Shown: in pieces, positions 38,531 to 51,149 of the stretch | Numbering within the stretch: position 1 is the stretch's first letter | How the letters are laid out: every line of letters starts with the position of its first letter | Notes under the pieces: generated by a model | What the model was told of the DNA's origin: nothing | Seen by the model: only the letters and a program-made list of their open reading frames with translations | Database searches by the model: none | Assembly: GCA_044892525.1 (NCBI GenBank) | Contig: CM097885.1 | Span: 7,502,001 to 7,566,000, forward strand | Source of the DNA: Schmidtea polychroa | Lineage: Eukaryota | Length of the DNA: 64,000 bases | Reading direction: 5' to 3' | Position numbers and translations under genes: made by a program

Positions 38531-41500
38531 GCTCTTATGTGAAGGAATTACGAAGTAAAGTTTACCAGTGACGAAGGACTCAATTAAAGCTAGAGAGCGC
38601 ATTACCGTAATGTTGTCTATAGCCGCTGATGGAAATAAGTTGCCACCTTTCATTTTTTTAAGCAGAAAAACCATACCCCAGGCGAATTTTCCTTAAGGTG
38701 TTGTAATTCGAGCACAAAAGAATGCCTGGAAGACGTCAGAATTGACGAAACATTGTGTAGAAACTGTCTGGGAGAAGAGGCCTGGTGTTCTTTTAAAGAG
38801 ACGATGCATGCTAGTAATGGATGCGTTCTGGAAACATTTGACTGATGACGTTAAACTAAAATTAAATAGAAAAAAATATGATGTCGTAATAATCCTAGGA
38901 GGAATGACGAGTCAACTACAACCTCTCGATGTATCTTCAAATAAACCATTCAAAGACAGAATGAGAACCTTTTACGAAGCCTGGTTAATTCGAGAAGACC
39001 ATCCTTTGCACCAACTGGAAAAATAAAACGATAATCGCTCAGTGGGTTTTGCAGTCGTGGACAAATGCCCCTGAAGAAGTATGTTGCAACTAATGATTTA
39101 AACGGTACTGAAGATGATGTGCTTTGGTGCAACAGTAAAGATGAGGATTCTAGCTCAGAAAGTAAAGGTGTCGAAAGTGATGATGAAGATTAAATAAGGT
39201 TAAATAAGAAGATTATGTAAATATTATTACAAAATAAAATTTGTTTTTTTAACTTTTTATTAAAGCATTTTTATTTTTATTTTATCCTATTTAAAATACC
39301 TATAATAAAACCTCCTGTGGCTTATATTCGAAGTAATACGGTATGTAACAAATTGTTTGTAAGTAGTCGAAATTTTCAATTTTTCTATAATTTCATTTAT
39401 GGCTTGAATAAATTGGTATTCAACTTTATCACTTGAAATAATTTTCATTTATACTAAATAATAATAACAATTTTAATTATTGCGCAATTACCTAAATTTT
39501 AAATATTGCGTAATTTCGAAATATTTTAAACAAATAAAACCGCTTTCAGATTTTAACATTAAAAACATTGCAAAAAAAGTCTTTATTGCAAATTAAATAA
39601 TTCATTTAATTTATTTCATTAAAAAAGATCGGTCATAATTCGAATGCGGATGTCACCAAATATCTAGTCAATCGCTCCCACCATTATTTTTCAAAGGTCT
39701 TACTCATTTTTATAATAATTATAATGACGGTTCCTTGGTTGACAGAATACGTTTCAGGTGGAACGATAGGCACAATTTTGGGTCAAAGTTTATCAGGACT
39801 CATCATTGAGTATTTAGGGTGGAAATGGATGTTTTACACAATGGCCATGTTTGGGTGTGTTTGGTTCGTTGGGTATAGTTTTTTGGTGTTCAGCCGTCCG
39901 TCCGAACATCCCTTCATTAGTGAGCATGAAAAAATGATGTTAATAAATTCGCTACCGCACAATCAAATAAATTACAAGGTAATATTATTTTATTATTATA
40001 ATTTCGTGAAATCCATTTGAACTTTGTCTTAACAAAATGTTCACTTTGTATAAAATTTAACAAAAATAGAATTTTATGAAATAAGTTGTTTGTAATAATT
40101 AAATTTATATCGTTAAAATTTATTAATAAGTCGTAAAATTATTTTGTGTCTCACATACGAGAGTCGGATAAATACGCAAGCAGAATTTTACTACTTGCTA
40201 CGGGAACCAAGCGAATCCGACGTATTCTAATTATGATACAGACTAATAAAATTGCTATAAGCATGTCAAATATTGATTTACGAGTAGTCATTATTTTTGT
40301 CTCAGACTACGGGAAATGTACCGATCCATTGGCATGTTTCATCTTGTTCGTCAAAGTTTACGGCCGTTTGCATGCCATAATGAAATACAAATTATGCAAA
40401 AGCGCCCCATAGCGAAAGAGTTAATAGCAACATTAAGGTTTAACAGGTTTTAAAATAATTGATAATTTTAGTTAGCTTTTTTACATTAAATTCAAACAGA
40501 TAAATTTTTAACAAGTTTTTATTTTTAATTTATGACTCTCGTTATCAACATCTTGTCACTAGAATCTAGTGTGCAAATCGTCAATGCCAGATCGTTACTA
40601 ATCTAATTTTATATATGTTGAGGTAATGGTCAAAAACACAAAATAAAACGGAAATGGAATTAAAATCAATAAAAACACCGAAATAACAAATGTGCAAAAA
40701 ATTAGTTAAAAATTTATAAAATGTAAAAGTTAATATCAATCGGGGGAGAGTGGGTATGGTTGAACGCGAAATCCTGAGACAAATCTAGAAACAATAATAA
40801 AAATTTAGGTAGGAGTCCCTAGAAAAAGTTATAATAAAATAACAAAGTAATTAAAAATTAATTAATCGCTAATAGGAAGCCTGAGACAACGGGAAACCCG
40901 GAGCGCTCTGAGGCCCAACTAATTAGAAATTAAAACGAATTTGACCGAGCGCCTGTTTAGGAATGAAATTGGTAAGATAATAAATAATCCCATCCAGAAG
41001 ATTAAAATAACGGGTAACCAATGCGTTAGATGAATATCAGTAATCTCCACAAGGATTAAAATAACGGTTAGATAAATTCCGATAATTATTGGGGAAATGT
41101 TAGTAATCCCCGGAGAAATTAATGTATAAAAGTATAAAAGGAAAAGCTGAAAAGAGATGAGCTCCCNNNNNNNNNNNNNNNNNNNNNNNNNNNNNNNNNN
41201 NNNNNNNNNNNNNNNNNNNNNNNNNNNNNNNNNNNNNNNNNNNNNNNNNNNNNNNNNNNNNNNNNNNNNNNNNNNNNNNNNNNNNNNNNNNNNNNNNNNN
41301 NNNNNNNNNNNNNNNNNNNNNNNNNNNNNNNNNNNNNNGGGGTTTGATCTGTTGGCTTTCATTTCTCTATTTATTATAGTTATTATTTAACTAGTAATGG
41401 AATTTAATGTTTCTAGCCTAAAAGAGTCCCAATTCCTTGGAAACATGTTTTCAAATCCGGACCGTTTTTTGGATTTCTCACACTTTGTGCAACATATAAC

Positions 41501-44500
41501 TTCACATGGTATACGCTCATAAATTGTCTTCCATTGTACATAGGAACAGTTCTTGGATTCAATATATCAGAGGTAATTAATATAGTTTCAATTATGATTG
41601 TAAAAATAATAAATCATTTTCACGAAAAATTATCCACCAATTACTTTATTTTCCGGTCTGTTTCCAAATCTTTATTCTGTCATATTTTGTACTTGAGCCG
41701 TTATAGATGAGTCCACTTATTAAACAACTTATTAAAATAAAATGTCTAATACACTATAATATAAACTGAAATTCACATTTTTATTATACACAAAATACAA
41801 AAAAATAAAATTTAATAAATTCAATCATTTCTGTGATCTAAAATAATGTTTTAAGAACAGATATTAATAACAGATACTAAAGTATAATCCCTCCTTGTAG
41901 ACATTTCCTCCATAACTACATTGAGGAGGTCTCGAATTAAATTAGTGTTTAATTTTTCCAAAGTTGTAAATAAAAACCTGAGAGCTCCTTCAGCAGTTAA
42001 CAATGTAGCATCTTCTCGGCTAAGATTTTCAATTGGAATCCGGAGTGGTTTTAATGTTGCTCATATCATTTTAGCAACCTCAACATAATCGTCATTCCAC
42101 AAACTAACTAAATTTAATTCAATCAATAATGCTTTTTTGATTGGGCCACTAATTCGTTCAAACCTTTCTACCATAGCTTCCATTGTATTCCATTGTATAG
42201 AACAGTCTAAAATTACCATCAGCTCTTTTTCCCCCTTCCATAACATATATTTGTAATATAGCATTTTTAACGGGGGAGTTTTTAAACATTTTTGATATTT
42301 TTCTAATGGGTTTACTTGCTTTTTTGGTTTGGGGTTCCAAATAAACATCAACGTCTTCCACAACTTCTATATCGGAGTCGTCAGCGTTATTATTTTCATT
42401 TTCTTAATATTCTATTTTAGATGCATTATCAGATTCAAGTTCCTCGATACAAGCAAATTTATCAGGATGACCCTTATTGATATAAAAAACTTTGAGAACA
42501 GCCAAATAGTACCCATGATTGTAGCAAAGTTGGTGAGATTGAGTAGATAATCCTCCAAATTACTGCATCACAGCAGCACCATCACTCATAGCTACTATAT
42601 CGTCATATATATTGTACTTGTTAATTAAGAATTACCCTGTCGTATTTAAATGTTTAATTTTTACTGATCCTGTTATTTGTCACTCATTTCCAATTTCTTT
42701 TTCTCACTTTTTGATTCTCAGAATTCTAGAACAACCTATCCTCCATTTCATTCATATTCCTCCTGATAATTTTTATTCATTTAATTATTATTCGATTATT
42801 TCATTATTTCGGTATTCTCAACACTAAGGTTGTCAAGTCAAACCGGGACGTCCGGTAACCCTAGTAACTATATAAAAAATTAAAATAATAAACCAAGTAT
42901 AAATATAAAAATCAATAAACTCACATATTTTTAAATAATTTAATAGCTTTAAATATTGTAAATAAAAAAGTAACTTTCCCACGACGGCCACAGATTAAAT
43001 TAAACAAAAACAAAACTTAACCATCTGTCATTCATAACAAAAACAAACTACCCAACAAGAAAAGTTTCATATTAAAACCCATCGAACAAGAAAGCTAATT
43101 CGAAAAATAGAAAAAGTGTGATAAATAAACGAAACTTTGGAAGCAGTTGTCTTCCAAAATTTTTAATTTTGTTTGCAATATTGCAATGCAAAAAAACCGA
43201 AACAATTGAGCATCCCGAAGACCTCTTTCGGGACACCAGGACAATGATCTCAAAACCGGGACGTCTGGCAACCCTACTCAACACAGTTAAATGAAATTAT
43301 TATTTATTTGTTTATTTCGCCAATGATTAATGTTTCAAATGTTTTGATAGTTAAGTAAATCACATTTTGTTGTTTAGTTTGTCCCATTCAAACAAACAAC
43401 TTATTATTTTAAATAAAAAGTTTAAAAGGGGTATCAAGGTCCATTAATCATAAATAAGTTCTTTTTTATAATTCTGTAATAAGTAAATTTCAATTGAACT
43501 GTAAATCATTTGTTTTAGAATGGTGGAATCTCTTCCCTTCCATACTTCGCCCTATTTATATTCAGTTTAATAAGTGGGGGTTTTCAAGATTTTATCAAAT
43601 CAAAAAAGATTATATCAAATACGAAACTCAGGAAAATATTTGCAAGTTTCGGTATTTTTCACATCATTTAATTATTTATTTGATTGTACTTTTATTTGCA
43701 GGAATGTTTTCAGCCTCTATTATAATGTTTTGCATCATTCTCGCGGGGTGCAACATTCCCTTGACTATAACGTTGGTATGTTTAAGTGTGGCAATGATGG
43801 GGTTCACAGTCTCGGTGACTGGGGTCAATTTGATTGATATTGCACCAGCATATGCTGGACCATTGCTAGCCATATGCAATTTTTTCAATTCCCTTTGTGG
43901 GATAATTGCACCTTATGTCAAAGGTTATTATACTCACGATGGGGTAAGATTTATAATTGTAATCTAAATCAATTCATTTTCATTTCAGAAAGTATTTATT
44001 AGTAAATTTTGGGTTTGATTAAACAAAATTTTTAGATTAAAATTCTGTGTAGAAAAAATCGCGTAAAATTAAAACAAAATTTAACAATAAAATCTTTTTC
44101 ACTATTGGTTTAATTTCATATTTCAATTTTCGTTATCTTCATTTCTTTTGAAACTATAGATCGGGAATGGCCAAACTTCATGTCCGTAAGATCCTCATGG
44201 GTAAAAGTTACATTTATTCAAGAGCGGCAATTAAATATTTGAAGTATTCAACAATACCAAATATTTAAATTAAGATTGTTATTAACACAATTACCGACCG
44301 AACGGATTGCGCCAGAATATGAGCTGGCCACCACGCATGCTTTATTACAAGAAACAACTAGTGACATTCTCAAATGTTTATCGGGGTTCTATTTTACTCT
44401 TTCTATTATATAAAAAAAATGTTGTGATAACTTCTTGTGATCGAACTAATAATGAGCGAGCAAAAGCCATCAAAATATAGTAGAAATATCCTGGAAATCT

Positions 44501-45292
44501 TGTATACATTACTGTGGTGCGTTACATTTCCAAACGGGGAATACTCCCGGTGGCGTGCATTGATATTTTATGTTGGGTTATTATTTTTTTTTTTTATTAT
44601 TATTTTTTTTTATTTATTATTTCTGATTCCTCATGTCCTTTTCCAATCAAATAACTAAAATCCAACACAGAACAACTTTATTCAAACTTTATCACAATTA
44701 CAAGTAGTCATTGATCAGGCGTGCACTGATATTTTATAAAACGGGGAAATCTCCCCGAATGGTGGACAGTGAGTTAAAATGATTTTATTATTTGTTCAAA
44801 TTTGATACTTTGATATCATTGAGTATAGGGTAAATATTGAAAAGTCAAATTTATTTCAATTGTATAAAGCAAAAAATGTACATCACCATATGATATATGC
44901 AATTATCCTCTTTCTTGATAAAATCTATTCATAATTGAGGTTGCCCAAAAACCAATTTGGTATGACCATTTACTAATTTCATTTCGTGCATTATATGGGT
45001 GAGTGAATATTATTTCCCAAATATTGTGGGGTGAAATTTCACGGTTGAATGATTATCTATTTGTTGAATTTAGGAAACAAGGAAAAATTGGGCTAATGTA
45101 TTCATCACGAATTCTTCTATTATGTTCTTTGGTGCCGTCGTTTTCTTATTATTCGGATCTTCGACCCTGCAACCTTGGGCAGTCCTTAATTGCGATGTAG
45201 AACAACTAGTCATTTTCACTGATTCTGATTCTCTATCCAGCTTCAACGAATATGAAGAAACCTACAGTCAAAATCAAAAAACTATTCAATGA
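29248..45292 (+). CDS. SLC17 (sialin/VGLUT-family) MFS anion transporter, copy A, 491 aa, 9 exons: 29248-29424, 29475-29565, 29611-29759, 31050-31137, 39758-39978, 41417-41572, 43519-43651, 43702-43943, 45074-45292
   Basis: Motifs YMLRVNISVAIVAMVN, GEFLW...ILSSFYWGY, RFLMGVCE|GPTYP, GW...FY, SRPSEHPFIS..E, NLIDIAPAYAG and FGSSTLQPWA. All introns are GT-AG with compatible phases. Exons sum to 1476 nt = 492 codons. Confidence 0.88.
29817..30649 (+). repeat. Imperfect tandem duplication of an AT-rich unit of about 380-450 bp in SLC17-A intron 3
   Basis: Both units start ATTATTGATTATTATTATTTATAATT and end TAATGAAAATAAAAAAAATTGTTAAAAT (30198 and 30649). Confidence 0.8.
31860..33400 (+). repeat. 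Decayed head-to-tail copies of the element seen intact at 51997-52907
   Basis: Shared blocks such as AGTAATATTTAAGAACTTGAATAATGATCTCATA (about 32897, about 52693, variant at about 32088) and TACCTGTGTG.AAAAATTTAAT (33121, 52050). A degenerate TIR TACACCTAATTCCGAAATATA is at about 32248. Boundaries are approximate. Confidence 0.55.
33655..33693 (-). ncRNA. Second minimal hammerhead ribozyme, stem II partly degenerate
   Basis: The minus strand reads UAC-CUGACGA-U-GAAA GUGCAUA UGUC-GAAA-UAUA-UU^GUA. The core is intact, the UAUA loop is the same, stem I is UAC/GUA, and stem II has one A.G mismatch. Confidence 0.65.
33905..34010 (-). mobile_element. Second Penelope-like GIY-YIG remnant
   Basis: CSDLGYEYLCHGCKTTYIGMTALHLRSQ, homologous to CSDLVYQFTCNGCNATYIGE at about 24250. 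It lies upstream of the second hammerhead on the same strand. Confidence 0.7.
34350..34660 (+). mobile_element. Tigger/pogo transposase N-terminal (CENP-B-like HTH) remnant
   Basis: KRNLISLETKLQILNGL..EEK..DIA*ALNL and IIEKIEKALNI*I match the Tigger KRK.ISLE.KL.I...E / E.ME..L..W pattern, with stops. Confidence 0.6.
36064..36783. mobile_element. piggyBac-like non-autonomous element (tentative)
   Basis: TTAA|CCCTTTCAATACTG ... CAATCCTGAAAGAG|TTAA: TTAA flanks and a 10/14 TIR match. Confidence 0.45.
38281..39341 (+). mobile_element. Internally deleted pogo-family transposon (1061 bp)
   Basis: Perfect 23-bp TIR CCGTATTACTTCGAATATAAGCC with TA TSD, and an inner inverted TIR copy at 38345-38364. 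DDE_1 motifs RITVMLSIAADGNKLPP, MLVMDAF and GGMTSQLQPLDV..NKPFK in broken frames. (TA)n at about 38471-38529. Confidence 0.9.
41880..42620 (-). mobile_element. Decayed Ac/hobo-type hAT transposase fragment
   Basis: DIVAMSDGAAVM...HQLCYNHG..LAV (D2 + CxxH), IRKISKMFKNSPVKN.IL and ELMVILDCSIQWNTM..MVERF in shifted frames. Confidence 0.7.
42825..43276. mobile_element. hAT MITE (452 bp)
   Basis: Termini TAAGGTTGTCA and TGGCAACCCTA (TAGGGTTGCCA type). Perfect 8-bp TSD CTCAACAC (42817-42824 and 43277-43284). An extra right-end copy lies at 42841-42863. Confidence 0.8.
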
Positions 45293-45800
45293 ATTTTTAT
45301 TTAATTCTTTTTACTTTATAAAAATATTATTTTTTTTATTTTTTTAATTGATTTTAAAATTGATTGTTTTAATTAATTATTTTATTTAAATACGTTTTCA
45401 TAGAATGGTAAAATATTTGCTAATGTTTGGGTTCAAACAAACAAAAATATCTCTAAAATATTAAACATGCAATCTAAAATATATTTTTTGAAAGGTGACT
45501 GGGATAATGTTTCTCTTGTTAAGAATTTTATTGCCGCGGTTCTCAACATTTTTTGTTTTACCACCAAGTAAACAATTTAACTATTGGTGTACCCCAAACT
45601 GATAATCAGTGGTCGTCAACCATATAGATTATTTCCTTTTTCTCTGCAAATATCTTTTCTTGCATACCTCTAAGGCTTCACGTTCCACTAGTTGAGAAAA
45701 TCTGTTCTGTGGGAATGATTAATGTTACACAAAGTCGGACCCCGATTAGATAGATTAACAATATAATATAATAAAAACAAATATGGCCATGTTTCTAACT

Positions 45801-46185
45801 CAGTGGTTCTCAACCCGTGATACGCGGAACATCAGTGTTCCATGATTACGCTTCCAGTGTTCCACGAAAAAAATGGTATTTTACCTTTAAATTTGCATTT
45901 AAGATACAAATCATCAAAAACCTCAATTTATTTTTTATAAGATGATTCAATAAGAAAGCCGTTACACAGATATATAAACATACAAATATAAGTGTTTTTA
46001 TTGCTTGTTATTGTTGCGCGTGGTATTTTCTTTGCTTATAAGAAGGCATTGTTTACGTTTACGACAGATTTATAGTAATTTGTGATTGGTCATTCATTGC
46101 GGGCAAGTATTTTTTTGTCAGTGTTCCGCGTAAAAAAAATCATGTGAATGGTGTTCCGCGCTTTTATATTAATTGTGAATCACTG
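45801..46185. mobile_element. Buster/Charlie-type hAT MITE (385 bp)
   Basis: Termini CAGTGGTTCTCAAC and ATTGTGAATCACTG. Perfect TSD TTCTAACT (nnnTAnnn). Confidence 0.85.
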
Positions 46186-48950
46186 TTCTAACTAAATAAA
46201 TCTAAACAAAAATTTTATTTAAAAATAATTTACTACAAATGCATTTTGGCTGTCATGGTGCAATTTGAGATTGATTATTAAAGACCCGGATCTGGTGATC
46301 AGTTCATGCAAAATGCTTTGCAAGATCCTTGAGACTCACCAGTACTCCGTGAATAAACTTTACAAGAGAGGCGAGAAAGCTGTAATTGGGAGCTACAAAC
46401 GTACGAACAGATTGTCAATATATCGGAAGTACGAAATATTAGTTAATTGGAATGACTTTTAATTTATTTCACTGTCTAGTCCTGAAACAAACACCAGAGA
46501 TTTTAATTAATTAAAATTCTGTCGAACTAGTCGCTGGGTTCTTCCTGGCAGTTTTGGCGAATATAAATTAATTTACAGTAATAAATTATTTAGAACTAAT
46601 TTGACGCAGTTGAGATGGGGAATCATCCCGTTTCGGTGTAAAATAGCTAAAATCTTTCGATGTTATTGTAGAGACATATTTATGTGTTCCCGGGTCATCA
46701 TAACTCGATCCTATAGAGATTGCGCAGAAGTCCTTTATATTTGTGAAGGGTTTGACTGAGGTGAAAGAACTAATTATTATTTGATACAGTATGGTCAAGG
46801 TACGCTTACTTGCGGTAGTCAGTTGAAAATAAGTCGTACGAAGAATAATTTTTCTAACTGTTTTGACTTAAATAAGGTCAGTGGTTTTCTACTCTAAGCA
46901 TTCATGTCTGGAAGAAGAATCTCAATGGATAGAATTATTATAGATTTCTCGGGCGTCTTAGCTATTACACGGAAATTTTGATGCCGCTAATCTCTTATTG
47001 TCGTGTTTAGAAGTGGTCCATTTAGAGAATTCAACTCTATCAATTATTCGTGTGGTGTTTCAGGCCTTGTTGTCGGTTGATTTGTGACTGCGTTGGGTCA
47101 TCAATCCACGTTTATGGCTAATTGCCGTTTATTAGGTAATGTGAATATATTGGTGTAAGTTCGTCCCGACTCTGTTATTCGATAATTATACGCTGAGAGC
47201 GTCGTTGTGGTTTACTACGCATCAAGTATTCCATTCTATGATTATGATAATACCTTGACGTGTCCTCGAAGACATCCTCGATTTCAAAGCTGCTGGTGAT
47301 TGTGCAATATTGGACTTTTGATTTCTAGATGAAACATTGACGGTAGCTTATAGAGTCCAATCCATTTTAAAAAATGATTCCTTATTATGACTATCATTGA
47401 ATTTTTACCCTTTTTATTAACTATATTCCTCGCTTTTACTAGTATACTAAACATCTAAATTTTATTTTAAATGTATATTTTGCCTGCGAAATAAAAAGGT
47501 TGCATGACTCAATGTTACGTACGTGGAAAAGTAACACTATGGTACACCAGAGGAGAGCCTATTCAGGGGTTTTTGCCATCCACTTGAAAATGTTTATAGG
47601 TTTATAGACAGTTTAACTGCCACGACATCCCGATGGCCGAATACGAAGAAATTTACTTCCTTGCGTGTTTTTGCAGTGGGCCAGACAATTTATTGTTTAC
47701 TATATGATAATTTATTTTATATTTATTCAGGCCTATTCTATAATATTTATACCTTTTCCCGTGATCTAACAATAATGATAAATGATAAAAAGGAAGTAAT
47801 AAATATTTTTATCATTCATTAAAATCATTTTTCTTCTTAAATTTTGATTCGTTATCTAAAATTTTGTTTATCTTCATTCCTTCTGACCATAAATCAATAT
47901 ATGAAATAATAAACAAAATATCGATTTATATTAAAAGAATGAAAATAAACAAATGTTTTTGTTGTCTCAAATAAGAATTATAAAAAACACGCGAGTTTTT
48001 GTATTAACTTCTTTAATCATTTATTGTTCCTAATGATTCGGCTTTTTTACAACTGACTAATTGCTCCGATTCGGGATCCAAATTCGCCCAAGGTTGCAAT
48101 TTCCCCTATCCAAACAACGCAAACACAACAGCTCCAAAGAACAAAACAGATGAATTTGTAATAAATACATTCTTCCAATTTTTTCTGGTTTCCTGAAAAA
48201 TTAATAATAAACTTATTCATAAGGAGTCTTACCCCTGTCTGAGTATAATAACTTTTGACATAAGGTGCAATTATCCCGCAAATAGAATTGAACAAGTTAC
48301 ATACTCCAATTAACTGTCCAGCATATGCAGGAGCCATATCTATTACATTTACACTATTACATTAGTCACTGGGCCGGCAAACCCAATTGCTGCGACACTG
48401 AGACAAACTAAGGAAATTGCCAGGGGGATGTTACATTCCGTAAATATCATACAAAACATTATTATAGATGATAAAATCAGCCCTATAATAAAATACTTGA
48501 ACAAATTATTAAAAATCAAAATGTTATACCAGAGCATGCAAATGTTTTTCTGAGATTTGTATTAGATAATATTTTTTTTGATTTTATAAAATCTTGCAAG
48601 ACCCCACCACTAAGATTACAAATGAATAAAGCAACGTAAGGGAGAGAAGAGATCCCACCATTCTAAATATTGAAAACAATTTAACTAATTTTATAAACGT
48701 AATGTCTCTATAAGAAAAACCTATAGTTAATTATTAGTTTAATAGTTATAAACTGCACAATTCAGGAAATGGGTTAGGGTGTTAGATGAAGAGATTATTC
48801 ATTGGTAAAATAAAAGTATACTTAGGAAGTAAGATAATCAAAAACCTGGATATAACTCAAGAAAAGTCAACATATATATTATAAGAACCTTTTTTCCAAT
48901 TTCTCCACTGATTATTTTTTCCAATGAATTTATTAAGGAGACCTTGAAGA

Positions 48951-49060
48951 CTATTTATCAGTAATATATCGATGTTTGTTGATACTCATGAATTTTCGGC
49001 ACTGCCTTTTTCAAGTGAATTCGTGAGTATCAAAGACATCGATATATTACTGATTTATAG
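48951..49060. mobile_element. 110-bp palindromic MITE, best-preserved copy
   Basis: Arms of about 45 bp: CTAT..ATCAGTAATATATCGATGT..TTGATACTCA.GAATT versus its reverse complement ending ...CGATATATTACTGATTTATAG. Confidence 0.75.
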
Positions 49061-50496
49061 TTTTCACTTTATTATATATATTTTAAGTGCGGCAAAATTA
49101 TGAAAAATTTAAATTTAAAAATATTTTTATGTTATGAAAATTATTTGTTCTTATTCGTGTTACTAATATCGCTTTTTATATAGCACATAAAAAATATATA
49201 GCACTTTTTATGTAGCACCAAATTGTCTAAGGCCGGCATTGCGATCATCCCCGTGACAACAGATTACCCAAGCTGATAACACCTGTGTATATTACATAAT
49301 CCTCGGGCAACTAATGGTGATTTAATTATACACAACGTGTTTTACATAGCACACTTAATTATATAACCTTGACATAATTATGTGGTTTTACATATCATGT
49401 ATTATTAGGTAATTATATATGTAAATATGCAACATTAATATTTTGTTTTAATGAAGTAATCTTGGGCATTTCTAATCGCCATCTTGAATTTTTGTTTTAA
49501 TGAACGATTATGTCATATATTTTTAATAAGAACTCCTGATGTATAAATACTTTAAATCAATTAATAGAGCAGTCTTTTAAATATCGCATCAACAGGGGAG
49601 GGGTAGGCACAGGTCTAAAACTATCCTTCTCTATCATTTGTAAAAGCATTTGTCGCTCAATTAGAGGGGTTTTCTATCGTTCTAAATATTATTATATATA
49701 GACAGAATTTAATTCTTTATATTATGGCCTAATGCGAAATTTAAAATTGTGTGTTATGTGTGTGTATGTGTGTGTTACACAGATCCTGTCTTATATATAT
49801 TTCAATTTTCAACTAGTTGAAACAAATTTATTAAATTTTCACTGGAACAATGTATAGATGAAATTTAGTTTTATATATAAATTTAAAATTATGTGTTATA
49901 TGTGTTCTACATGCATGTTTTCTTTTAAAGTTTGCATTTTGTATTTTATTCATCTCGCATTTACTTTGTTTCAATTTGGTGAAAAATGCATAAGTTTGTT
50001 GAAATTCACTGCATTATTTTATAACTTTGATGCAATTTTGTGAAATCATTTCTTATTTTGATATAATTTGAATAAATATTTTATTGCTTTGTTACAATTT
50101 TTTAAAGAAAATTTTCTGTATAATTTGATTCAAAATCAGAAGGCTTTAGAAGGGAAAATGTCTATATTTGAAATTTTAAAAATATATACATATTACCTGT
50201 GAGATATTGAATCCAAGAACTGTCCCGATATACATTGGAAGACAATTTATCAAAGTATACCACATAAAATTATATGCTGAAACCATAATTATGAATCCAA
50301 GAAAAGGTGACGATGTTAAAACTCTTTTCCAAGGAACTGAAACATTTTTATACTAAAAAAAATAAATCATTATATTTCACAAATATAAATTATATTTGGT
50401 CAGGCTCGTAAAAACGTAAAAATGAAATTGATTAATTAATTAATAATTAAATAAATAAATGCAATTTGAATTAGTGTTGGAAGTGTCTGGATATAG

Positions 50497-51149
50497 CAGG
50501 AGTGGCGAACCTTTTTGAGATTGCGTGCCAATATTTTAAAAAAGAAAAATAAAAATATGCTGGCGTGCCAAGTACATTTTTAGCATTTTAATTGATTCCG
50601 TTACATACCATGTGTTCACATTAAGTGTTTCAAGACTAGTTTAGTCAAAAGAATAGTTATCGTTCTCCATATCGTTCACTCCACCAATCTTGGAATTCCC
50701 TGCCACTCCTTCTGAAAGTTTTATTTTTTTTGCTTTGAACACGACATTTTATTTAGCAAAATTTCTATTATTAAACTATTAAATATTTACAAAAAAAATT
50801 AAATCTTTCACCAATAATAGTGTCAACAAGATGTCTGCGTCATCAAGTTCATGCGCATCTTAACTTGTTTATTTTTACTTGTTGAAACAAATGCGAAATA
50901 TACAAAAAATGATAGAAAATAATTTATAGATTTGATCATAAGAAATATATATTCTGTCATCTGAAAATGACCTATTGTTCGATTCTTAGTTAACGGTTTC
51001 TAAAATATTTGCACAATAAAATCATGCTGAAGTGTTAAATTGCGATTTCAATGAATTTATACTACTAAAATTTACACAAATTTGTTTTATCTCAAAGGAT
51101 TGGCGTGCCACGCGAAATCTTCTCGCGTGCAATAGGTTCGCCAGCGCTG
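50497..51149. mobile_element. Buster-type hAT non-autonomous element (653 bp)
   Basis: TIRs CAGGAGTGGCGAACCT and AGGTTCGCCAGCGCTG (13/16). Perfect TSD GGATATAG (nnnTAnnn). Confidence 0.88.

Noticed and set aside
40146-40412. 88-aa intronic ORF with YASRILL, reminiscent of Gypsy RNase H
   Set aside because: The downstream RNase H motif is absent and the similarity is too short.
40919-41390. ORFs spanning N runs (also at 24953, 53898, 53916, 60580, 60596)
   Set aside because: They are open only because N codons hide stops.
45534-45704. Second Charlie-like MITE (CCGCGGTTCTCAAC...GTTGAGAAAATCTG)
   Set aside because: The ends are plausible but the flanking 8-mers match at only 5/8, so the boundaries are unsupported.
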